64,000 nt of DNA from NCBI GenBank assembly GCA_002633005.1, contig NMRA01000526.1, forward strand, positions 198,887 to 262,886. Direction: 5' to 3'. The notes beneath the pieces are model-generated. The model was not told where the DNA came from and did not search any database. It saw only the letters and a program-made list of their open reading frames with translations. The translations under genes were made by a program, and so were the position numbers. This DNA comes from Phoronis australis (Eukaryota; Animalia; Phoronida). Positions 1-22,959 of this stretch are shown piece after piece. Within the stretch, counting starts at the first letter, position 1. Every line of letters starts with the position of its first letter.

Positions 1-210
1 CAATTTTGAGATCCGAAATTTGTGAGTATTTAACGCTGCAAGTAAGAGCAATTTCTCGATGATCTAAAAAATCTATTTTGGCGCGTAAAAATGGCGGGAA
101 AATTTTGCGACCTGGCATTTACGAATGCGAGCTGGATTTTGAAAATGCGACCTGGGATTTTGGCTAGGTCGCAAAATGCGACCTGGCGATTTTAATAACG
201 TCGAGCCCTG
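1..210. mobile_element. Terminus of a hAT-like DNA transposon
   Basis: Ends in ...TCGAGCCCTG (reverse complement CAGGGCTCGA, a typical hAT 5'-CAGGG terminus). It is preceded by several direct and inverted copies of a TGCGACCTGG subterminal motif (100-190). The other end lies outside the window. Confidence 0.5.
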
Positions 211-3200
211 ATTTAACATCTCCACTTTTAAAGGGTTTAACATGATTTTGCTTTAATTGGGCAAGTTGTGTTTGTTTACTCCACAAGTGCCAGATGTCTG
301 TTCTGTCCACACTTTCTCAGTCCATCAGGTCTCCCTATGATTTGCCAATGTGAACCTTGTGCAGTCAGAATGATAAGTTTAATAAGACCTCATCTAAAAT
401 AACTCATTTTTAATACTATTGTGATAATTCATGAACTATGACACAGAAGCCTTGTTGTTCATAATTTATTTAGTCCATATATTTACTTTAATCACCTGAT
501 ACAGACTACCTCTGTATTGAAGTCGATGTAATGGTATCAACTGAATTCAGTTCTACTTGAGGGGTGGTGAATATTTGACGCTAATACCCGTGGCTTTTAT
601 CCACTTACCTGCTGCATTACCTATATTACAAAATTGACCAAAATATCAAACTATGTATCAAATAATTTGACAAAAAAGACCACTTAATCATTTAAGCTTT
701 GATACAAAATTCACATTGCACATTACAAAATTATATGCAGCTCTTGAGCACACAACCTTTTTCTTGTCTTTTTCCAGTGATTTCAAGAATAAAAAATTAT
801 TGAAGCTAATATCAGATGTCACATTTAAGAAGTGAAGTTGCTTTTCATACCATGTTCATTTTTCTTTCTCCAAAAAGTGTTGCCAAATTTATCCACGTTC
901 CACGACTTTAACTGTTCATGTACGGGTTCCAGCTGCACAAAGGCTAATGGCCAGAAGGCTTGGATCACCATTCCTCTGATCCCCAGTAAGAGGTCTTGTT
1001 TATGAGATAGAGTAACATAGGACACCCACTTGTATACAGTGACAGCTAAGTTTTATCAGCTAAATGATGGTTGAATCTTCTGATGAATGATTATGGGAAA
1101 TAGAATGCAAAACAGCTGGTCGAAATTGAATTTGTCAATTAAATGCAAAGAATTAAAGAAGTGATTGAGTTGTATGAAAGTCGGTCAGAAGCACCTTAAC
1201 TGAACAATAAGCTCAATATAATGCTATGCAGCACAATTAAATAGTGAAACAGAATTGCTCTAAAAGAAACAACTCAAAAGCTATATACCGAGCCCTAACA
1301 AAGAACATAATAACAATAACAAAATATTTCAATTATCTCAACCCACTGGCATTTATGTACTGATATAACATTTTTGGTGGCTCAGACTGCTAAACAGTTT
1401 GTTTTTCAAAGGTCATGTTCATCTACTTGACTCTTGAATCCTCAAAAACCCACATGTAAATTTGTAATCTGTTCAAATCGGGCTAAAATTAATCAAATGT
1501 GTTGATTTATAGAAAAATATACCTACCAAGTATAAAATATATGCCCGAGATAGCATCACCAAAAATCAGTTGAAAAGATTCTCCCAGCAACAGCTATTGA
1601 CCTCAGCCACATTTGTGCTGGGGGTGTTATCAGTAAAATAGTTTAACTGTCACTTGAAATGTTTATTTCAAACATGGTTATAAATTAGTTGTCAAGGATA
1701 CCACTGAAAAGTAATAGGCTAGTGCCTTTCAAACCATTATCCTGGATTCTGGAGAACTGAAGAAGCTGATGGATGAGATTTGATTTTAACATTACAGTTA
1801 TTATCTGTTAATTATTTCTTCATCAAGGAGTATTTTTAATTATCTTAACAACAAGAAATATGAATTTTTCCCAATTACTTCATGGTTACGGGGAAACAGT
1901 ATTAAAATTACTATGTGCTAATTACACCTTATGGGTTTTCTTTATCAATCTCCCTGAAAACACTGCTAAATTTACTAAATTTAATATTTTGGTTAATGCT
2001 GTATTTTAGAGGACTTGATTATCTGGACTTCAAACCTTTACTTTTACTCCTGCTAACCCCAGGCCTATCCGGTTACATTCCAGTCTGTCTGGCAAATGCC
2101 TGGTGTCTCCAGCTGACCAGCATTCACCTAAGTAGGTCAAACTCAATTCAAAAATATCGGCCAATCAGGTAATTTAAAAGGGCCTAGTTAGGCTGGGTTG
2201 CTTCAGACAAGGCATAAGGTCCCAAGTATTCATGAAAGACTGTTTGTGATTGGCTAATTGAGCAATATTGGTCTAGGATTCCATATTGAGCATGGGATTT
2301 TCCAGTCTTCCTGCACACCCCTAACTTATCTTGATTTACCTGTTGTTCTGAGGCCTCTTGTTTGAAATGGACACTTGATAATGAATTCAGAACACTTCTA
2401 CCCTTGTTTTAATTGACTTATAGTCATATGTTTTGGTTATTTGTGTTTATTTGCATGAGATGAGAATATTGAAAACTGTTGTATTTTACACCATTACCGG
2501 TGTTCCATTGGTCATCAGCAGCATATATCACAGTTATCTTCCAGATTAATATGATAGAGATGAAACTGATTTTATGAGTTTCACACTGATGTATAATACA
2601 TGGTATATAAATCAAACTGGTTTGTTAAATTTTTGATTAAAACAATTGAGGGTGTTAATATTGAGCTTGACCTAAAAATAGCCAGCCAGCTGGTCTGGAC
2701 AGTGGTTACAGTGTAAAGCATTACAAGGGTTTAACATCCAATTTGATAATTTATCTGTATTTTTCAAGTTAATGAAGTCAGCTTATTCAAAAACGATTGA
2801 AAGTGACTGAAATTTAATAAGGGATAAATGAAATTATATACTAGTAAGACAACAGCTAATTGGCTTTAACTTATAAGTAGCTTGAACCCTGCAGAGCAGT
2901 AGCGTGACAATAACTTAATCCTTGAAATAACTGTTAAGTTGTTCTTTGAAAGACCTTAAAGAATTGTATTTGACCCCTCTGAGGCAGATAGAAGGCAAAC
3001 AGCAGATTTGAAAACGGGTGGAGGGCACTTACAGGAGCATGGGCGGTTATTACGGCGAATACGGTATGCTGAATCACGTAGTTTAGGCCATACCATTCTC
3101 AGTAAAAAAATATTTAGTTCATACACACATCCCAATTGGCGTTGATGATTGTTGAAGGGGCATTTCATGAAGAAATGATCTACTGTTGGGCTATCCAACG

Positions 3201-3560
3201 TGACGGATTTTGGATGCGTCAGGAAAACTATGATTATTTTATTTTGGAAATAATGGTTAAGCCCAGATCTTGAGTGGTTTAAATCAATTTCTTTAGGATG
3301 TAGTAAATTTGTTTTACACAGGAAGGTAGGTGAAACTTGATAGACTAAGTGAAAAGTCAACTCTGAGACAGTTTTATAAGCTGCTATAGGGTTACTTACG
3401 CAGAGGTATCAAAGCTCCAGTTTGCACAACCAGCCCAACCTGAGTATAATCGACCTGAATTAAATGCTTGACGTTGTGAGAGGACTACGAGCCAATTTTG
3501 AGTGCTGGAGAAGCCCAGCTGGGGGAGGAGGGTTAGCGTTATAGCAGAATTGAATTTTGA

Positions 3561-15542
<11,982 letters not shown>

Positions 15543-15840
15543 CACAGTCAGAGTTACATAGTCGTGTGGGGTAGGAGAACTAGGGCATGCTGCTGGTTGC
15601 ACTGTCTGTCATGAAGCAATAGCAACTACGTGACTCCTGTTGGTATGACACTTGCTGTCACCGTGGGGAACATGAATAAACTGCCACTTTGCACCGGGGT
15701 CAATTGGGCATACTTTTGTATTGCTGAGAAGCATAATTTGTCTTCTATGTGGTCATCATCAGAGGAGCAGTATCGCCACCTCATTGGCGATCTGCTAGCT
15801 GCCATTGCTTCATGAAATTCCTACATTGTGCAGTATGTTT

Positions 15841-15862
15841 GTGTGTGTGTGTGTGTGTGTGT
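15841..15862. repeat. (GT)11 microsatellite downstream of the UPP stop
   Basis: Directly visible. Confidence 0.95.
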
Positions 15863-16083
15863 TTGTGAGGAATTGTGAAGACATTTTCAAACGAAATAGT
15901 GTCAAGTACAACAGTGATATTCCACACACTTCATAATTCAGTGAGATAACCCTGTGCATAATATGAAAGGGGATCAGTGCTCACTCTTGTTTTTTCTCTT
16001 TGATTCAGTCCTGTGGGATGAGGTTGACTTTCTAATTGGGTCACATGTTGCATTTGGGTCGATTAATTTGTGATAGAGGTGGG

Positions 16084-16827
16084 NNNNNNNNNNNNNNNNN
16101 NNNNNNNNNNNNNNNNNNNNNNNNNNNNNNNNNNNNNNNNNNNNNNNNNNNNNNNNNNNNNNNNNNNNNNNNNNNNNNNNNNNNNNNNNNNNNNNNNNNN
16201 NNNNNNNNNNNNNNNNNNNNNNNNNNNNNNNNNNNNNNNNNNNNNNNNNNNNNNNNNNNNNNNNNNNNNNNNNNNNNNNNNNNNNNNNNNNNNNNNNNNN
16301 NNNNNNNNNNNNNNNNNNNNNNNNNNNNNNNNNNNNNNNNNNNNNNNNNNNNNNNNNNNNNNNNNNNNNNNNNNNNNNNNNNNNNNNNNNNNNNNNNNNN
16401 NNNNNNNNNNNNNNNNNNNNNNNNNNNNNNNNNNNNNNNNNNNNNNNNNNNNNNNNNNNNNNNNNNNNNNNNNNNNNNNNNNNNNNNNNNNNNNNNNNNN
16501 NNNNNNNNNNNNNNNNNNNNNNNNNNNNNNNNNNNNNNNNNNNNNNNNNNNNNNNNNNNNNNNNNNNNNNNNNNNNNNNNNNNNNNNNNNNNNNNNNNNN
16601 NNNNNNNNNNNNNNNNNNNNNNNNNNNNNNNNNNNNNNNNNNNNNNNNNNNNNNNNNNNNNNNNNNNNNNNNNNNNNNNNNNNNNNNNNNNNNNNNNNNN
16701 NNNNNNNNNNNNNNNNNNNNNNNNNNNNNNNNNNNNNNNNNNNNNNNNNNNNNNNNNNNNNNNNNNNNNNNNNNNNNNNNNNNNNNNNNNNNNNNNNNNN
16801 NNNNNNNNNNNNNNNNNNNNNNNNNNN
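16084..16827. other. Assembly gap (744 N)
   Basis: Run of N. Confidence 1.
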
Positions 16828-17011
16828 TCCATTTTAACAGCTATTGTTGTTAGTGAAACCTGCGTTCCATTTTAACAGCTATTGTTGTTGGTGAAACCTG
16901 CGTTCCATTTTAACAGCTATTGTTGTTAGTGAAACCTGCGTTCCATTTTAATAGCTATTGTTGTTAGTGAAACCTGCGTTCCATTTTAACAGCTATTGTT
17001 GTTAGTGAAAC
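16828..17011. repeat. 38-bp tandem repeat (~4.8 copies) abutting the gap
   Basis: Unit TCCATTTTAACAGCTATTGTTGTTAGTGAAACCTGCGT. Confidence 0.95.
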
Positions 17012-17293
17012 GTACGGGGCATTGTCCGTGATCAGTGAAAAGTATTCGCTGACTTTGCCCTCGAAGCAGAAACACAACTGATCAATGCGCTCAGCATCAG
17101 TCATATTATTGGCTGCGACGTAACGCTGAAATTTTTTAAAGAATGCCACCCAGTTCCCATGGCTGTCGAAGGACATTGACCGTGGTGCGCTCGAGAAGGT
17201 GCGAGGTGGTGACGTGGCCCCCAGGCCCCGTGGGAATGCTTCCGCATGAGTCGGGCAGGGTGTCTCATAAATCGTTTGATTAGCGCGTCGCAC
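16964..17293 (-). pseudogene. Ty3/Gypsy-type gag N-terminal fragment
   Basis: SFDSHGNWVAFFKKFQRYVAANNMTDAERIDQLCFCFEGKVSEYF fits the FDG..W..F...F......W....K...L...L.G.A capsid pattern. Confidence 0.6.
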
Positions 17294-17452
17294 TCCGCAT
17301 GGGGGTATGGTGGCGCCATGCTAGGGCGCACGCGGCAGAAGGCCAGCTACAAAATTAACAACAAGTCAGAGTAAATGAATGAACAAGTTATTTTATAGGT
17401 AAATGATTCAGACACAAGTTCAGTACTTTTTATCGCATGTGTTCAGTCCTTA

Positions 17453-17700
17453 TTACTCAACAAGTTTGTAGTCCTTTAAAGAGTGGAATCTTTCAAAACA
17501 TACAACTGCATGCATTGCAACTTTGCAATCTACATTGAGTATTGCACTGCTTCCTTTTCTTTTTACGGTCCGAGCACACGACACAGTCTGGCCTGGATGC
17601 TCCAGTGCCCTCCAGGAAGTGCCGTCCAGATAGTCTAAACTCGATGAAGGTACTGGCTGGCCGTTCACGTGATTCTTTAACACACCCCAGAAGGCCCAGT
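17453..17700 (-). pseudogene. piggyBac transposase C-terminal cysteine-rich domain remnant
   Basis: A shifted frame reads FRLSGRHFLEGTGASRPDCVVCSDRKKKRKQC, then CKVAMHAVVCFERFH. Confidence 0.65.
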
Positions 17701-18127
17701 TATTCAAAAATTTTCTTGAAAATTATTTTGAGTTCAATAACACTTGAAGATAGATCACTAGATGATGAGAAAAGCATTGAAAGAAAATTTGCACTCAACA
17801 ACCTTGTTTTATAAAATGTTGCAATTTTGCAACAGTGGGAGCTGATGGTAGCAAATGTCCTATATTTAGCTAGACATTTGTTTGTAAAAATCACTACAAA
17901 ACAATCAGATGGAACACTTTATTTATGACAATTACCCTAATTATCAGCAAAAACTAAGTTTGGTGTATTAGTAAACATTTTGTTTGGTACATATGAAATT
18001 TCACCCTTCTCTCATTCCTGTAATGCAGTCAGCACGATGTGTTCCAAGACCTCCTCGGTTGCTCTGTGGGCCAGAAATTCACACTGCTGTATCTAAACAT
18101 ACAGTTTAGTTGTGGTAACTAAATATG

Positions 18128-19770
18128 TTAGAGACGGAAACAGTTTTTTTGTGAAGTAAAGCACAGATGAAGTTCACATTTCTCGAATGCAATTCCAGTA
18201 AAGCCATCAGCACAGTACATGCAACAACCTCTTTTCGCAACTTTTATGGGCCAGTGACCAACACCATCGCATCTAACCTCACGCGGAACTGCTGCCTTTC
18301 TTGCCATCTTTGGTAGTGCAGATTTTGTCAATTTAACCTCATCCAAGGATGGCCGGCCTCGCTTGGGAGCTTTGCACATGATCAGTGAAGTCGCAATCTG
18401 GGCCTGGAACATTCTCAGCTTCATGAGGTCCCTTTCGGGCTTTTGAAGAGCACGAAATTCCTTTTGCTGTACTTGTACTTTGCTGACTGAGCATCGAACA
18501 GGTCGACACCACCCATAAATTTATATTACTGACTGACACAAAATGGCCTTGGGATTTGGACATGGGACTTAAAGCTCTTGTCCCGTCTTCTGACAATATC
18601 AGTAGGATTAGCACCAACAAAAGATGAAACGACAGTTACTGGCTTGTTGTCATACCAGTGCACAACGCAGATGTTTTTGTTGACCTCGACTTTTTCTTCA
18701 TAGGAACCTCTTCCTTGTTTTTTCATTTCCTTTTCACTTTTGAGGCTGCACCCTTGAATACGATTGGCTCGTATAGTACCCAGGTACTGTATTCCACGTT
18801 CATGTAGCTTGTTAACCAGCTTGATACCAGAAAAGAAGTCCACAATTATTTTGTAGTTCTTGTAAGATGGCAAAGTTGTTGACAAATTCAAAACAACATC
18901 CGCACACAGGCCCAGCTCAGATTTAAACGTATGCTGACTGCCTCTGTAAACTTCAAAATCATACAGAAGTCCACTTACGGATGTACTAGCCCAGATTTTG
19001 AAGCCCCAAGGATGTGGTTTGCCACGAACATATTGTTTTATACCACTAAACTTCCCATTAAATTTTACCATCGTCTCATCGATTGAATTGTGCTCGTCGT
19101 GTAAGTTTAAGGCAGTTTTCGCGAAACCTGTCCAACCATGATGTCACCTTCCACAACTTTCTTTCTTTTCTTCATCAGTTACTAATAGGTTATTTGCAAA
19201 ATGGGTTGACGAAAGAATGTCCTGGAACTTGTTCCGTGACATTACATCAGCAACGGGTGGATATCTGGTTTCTGCCTCCCAATAGGTTCGATTGCCTGGC
19301 ATTTTAACAATTCCCATGCGTAAATACATCCCTATTGCCTGTTCCATCTCTTTTGTAGATATATTACTAGGAACACCCTTTTTCTGCATGGTGTAAATGT
19401 TGCTACTTTCTGTCGAAGCATCAATCACTTCAACAGTTATGAACTGTTGGAAGTATCTATACGGCGATAGAACCTCTCCATCAAGGGGTGCATCATGACA
19501 TGAACCTGTGAATGTAACATCACCAGGTTCGAACGTCTTGTTCCGCCACTTGAAAAGCTGCTTTTTGGTTGGCTGTTCACTAGTGCTGGGAGCAGGCTGG
19601 TTTATATAATGGGCTAGTGGTTCATCGTCTCTATCAGAAGTTTCATCATCGCCACCATGTTGCTGGGGAATGAAGTCTTCATCGTCATCAACATCACTAA
19701 CTAAGCCCTCCACTCTCATCTCCATCTAACACCTGTAGCACATCTCCCAACTCGAGGTTTGTCCTTGTCA
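18128..19770 (-). pseudogene. Degenerate piggyBac transposase (PGBD2/PGBD3-like lineage)
   Basis: Acidic N-terminus, then LSPYRYF, VMSRNKF, SIDETMVKF..IKQYVRGKPHPWGFKIW, GTIRANR, WYDNKPV, MGGVDL and GHWP...CCMYC...CELHLC. Several frameshifts. Confidence 0.88.
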
Positions 19771-20617
19771 TTTTGAATCTGAAAATTAACCAGGAAATCG
19801 ATTAGTGTTGCATTACGTGCATTTCAAAAGAAAAATCGAGTAATAAAAAATTACATTTGCTCGTAAAGACGCTGATTGAATGTAATATCAAAGAGACAAC
19901 GTACGTGACTCGGTAACAGAAAAAAAAAACAAAAGGTCTTCACAAAAATTAAGACCTGCTAAGTCAAACTTACATACAAGTCGAGGGAAAGCAGCATAAA
20001 AACTAACACAGTCATTGAGTTTCTACTGACACACAAAGTTTATTAACTCTAACTCCAATATATAGTGAATAGAAATTTGTGTGGGTTGTGACTGCAAAAC
20101 AAAAATAATGTTTAAATATCCGGTGATCTCGTCTACATCATAAACATGAATGAAGTCTGGACAGCTGCCTGCTGTATACAGTTTCACTATGAGTGGACAT
20201 TGGTTACTGACATAGTAAACAGAAACACAAGGATGTCCTGGAATAGTTATATAACAGAAATTGTTTTGCTGGGACAGTTGCATGTCAGAGGAAATGATTA
20301 AACTTGCACTTAATTAACACCAAACTTCAAGACATTACTGGGTTTTTCTTATAAACATTTAGCATTAACTGGGCATGAACCCAACATATTGTCAGACAGA
20401 AGACTAAGCACAAGTCTGTTATCATGGTGATGACAGAGCCCGGTGTTGCAATTGACCTATCGCCAGGATTACGACTGACTGCTTAACTGACCAATCAGAA
20501 CACAGCATTCTTGACACACCTTGGTCTGCTTTTCTGAGCCGCCATTTTACCCGACAAAGAGTACGTTGGCGTGTATAGTTTATTTTAGTTTATACATCAA
20601 GAAATTTTGCCATTATA

Positions 20618-20833
20618 ATGGTTAAACGGTGCTGCTATGGCGTCTGCAAGTCCGACAGCCGGTATGTGACTAGAGAGGAAAATCCTGTCTCATTTTGGCC
20701 ATTTCCCAAACCGAAAACTCATCTCGAGCAGTGTAAGCTATGGATAAAACTCTGTGGACGGCCACACGTACAGCTCAACTTGGCAATTTTGCGTGATTAT
20801 CCCAAGGTTAAACATAAATATATTTGTTCTGAG
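20618..20833 (+). CDS. THAP zinc-finger first exon (transposon-derived)
   Basis: MVKRCCYGVC...FWPFPKP...C..WI..CGR...YICSE, then donor gtaagt. Downstream exons not found. Confidence 0.75.
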
Positions 20834-21094
20834 GTAAGTATATTTTTCAGTTTTGTGGCTGTAGTGTAGGCGTATCTGATTTCGACTATGCAGTTTCACT
20901 TGTCTGGCGGCACCTGTTTGACCCTATCCAGTCGGCTAGTGCTGTATGAAGACTGACGTCAAAATATATTTAGTATACAACTTTGAACCAAGGCTAGTTT
21001 TACCCCAGCACTGACAATGGCACTAGCCCTAGCGGTAGTTAATGGCACTGTTATAATGAACATCGTTTTGTTTTGTAGGAAAGTGAAAAACCAT

Positions 21095-22435
21095 TTTTAT
21101 TACTTGGCGGAATGTTGGTCTGACAGCAAGTTTTTTTTTGTTTGTTCGCACTCTACAGGTCGCAATTTTCGTCCGATTTTCACGAAATTTACACACGACG
21201 TATAGATCCGAAAGTCCTAGAAGCCTATTGTTTTTGGTCATGATCGGATACAAAATGGCGGACGTGGCGGCCATTTTGTATCCGATTCCACAGTCAAATA
21301 CTCGTAGAGGCCGCATTTATCGACCTACATTGCTGAAAATCGGTACGAATATACTAGAACGCATGTGCTACATGGCGGAAATATTGGACGTGGCGCATGC
21401 GCACCCCGAAATATGACTAAAAACGTTTTCTCCTGTAGAGGGCGCATTTGCAAACCAATCACTTTCAAACTGGTCACGTGTTTGTTGAGTTTAATAAGCT
21501 TTTAAAAAAATTATTGAACCGGAAGTCACTTCCAAGATGGCGGCTGTGGCGCATGTTCACACGGTTTCAATCGCTCTGGTGTGGAATTTTTAACGGGAAG
21601 AGTAAATGACGTGAATTTTTGCATGTGGATTCCTTGAAGTATGGCCTTTCAAAAAGTCTGCGAGAGCGTATTTCTCAGACTTACCGTTTTGGAGTTATTT
21701 GACTTTGAATTTCAAAAAAAATGGTAAATTTTCAATTTTCTCGAAAATTTTTTTGATTTTTGCCAAACTACCACTTAAGATAGAATTTGTAACGGGCTTT
21801 CAGAAGATATTTTCCATTTTGCGCTACGACGTCTACTTTTTGAATTACTTAAGATTTTCGATACTGTTGTTCCTTCGGTCACCTAGGAAGCACGCAGCTG
21901 GCTGGCTTTCAGTTCACTTTGTTTTGATTATGCCTAGTTGACCCAGACTGACCCAGGCAGCACTGTTCTACTGTAGACTGGACCGTCATGTTGCGCCATC
22001 TATTGTTCTTTATTGTAGTTGATTGTATGCTCTATCAAAGTAGGTAGAGTTGTGGACGGGCTTTCAGAAGATATTTTCCATTTTGCGCTGCAACGTCTAC
22101 TTTTGAATTATTCGAGATTTTCGGATACCGTTGTTCGGCTTTCAGTTCACTTTGTTATGGTTATGTCTGTACAAGTTAACAGAGAGTTGTGACCCCGACT
22201 GACCCAACTAGCACTGTCGTACTGTAGACGGGAATTCCAGGCCAAATACTAATGTAAACATAACTTTGCTCTGCAGACTGTCACATAGTGCCACCTATTT
22301 TGGATTGTGGGAACAAAGCATATCTCGTCCGTCATGTTGCGCCATCTATTTTTTTATTGTAGTTGATTGTATGCTCTCAATTTGATTTCTTCGCTAGTCA
22401 CATGAATGTTATCGTGATATTCATAATTGCCGCCT
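21095..22435 (+). mobile_element. HINE/Helentron-type non-autonomous element with internal partial duplications
   Basis: T-rich start and 5' subTIR ACTTGGCGGAA (21102-21112), then TTTG-type simple sequence. Body homologous to 13790-14745 and 35205-35485. Confidence 0.65.
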
Positions 22436-22959
22436 TGATCAGCTTTATAAAAGTTTGTTTAAAAAATAATCAGGAAAGTTTTGCTCAACTATTTGAATGG
22501 AACAGAGTAATTGCCAAAAGCCAAAACTGTCAATTCGCAAGTTGACTTGCATGCTGGTGTATAAAATGCGCATTTTTTACGTGGTGCAACTCACAAGGTT
22601 CGGTAATTTGACCATAGGTCAGATAAAGGTTGACGGAGTGATGTTTCATGGACTTTGCTAAATAGTTCCGTTTGGTATTACTCATCTGGAGTCGTCTCAA
22701 AACTGCACACTTGAGTCCCAATAAACAGTGAGTGCCAGAATAACGAATTTCTGGAGCGTTCGCTTAATATTTCTCTGATTATCTTCAACGGAGCCGGGCA
22801 TCGACAAAGGCTTCCTGTAGGTGTCCATATATTGTAGCTTTAGTGTTTTTGATTGACGTACCCAGAATCTAATAAACACTTTTGCGTTTGTCCATATACC
22901 GCGAACACCCGGTTGAACAGTGGGTGCCAAAATAACGAATTTCTGGAGCGTTCGTTTAA

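Noticed and set aside
2960-3063. Candidate upstream UPP exon ending ...RRI-R at a phase-2 donor gtatgc (3064)
   Set aside because: The phase fits, but there is no in-frame ATG, clear acceptor or conserved motif; it needs cDNA support.
16036-16875. Long ORFs of X residues
   Set aside because: Artefacts of the N gap.
22680-22840. Possible last exon of the OB-fold gene (YNIWTPTGSLCRCP...TTPDE*)
   Set aside because: The phase would fit, but the acceptor lacks a pyrimidine tract and there is no homology support.
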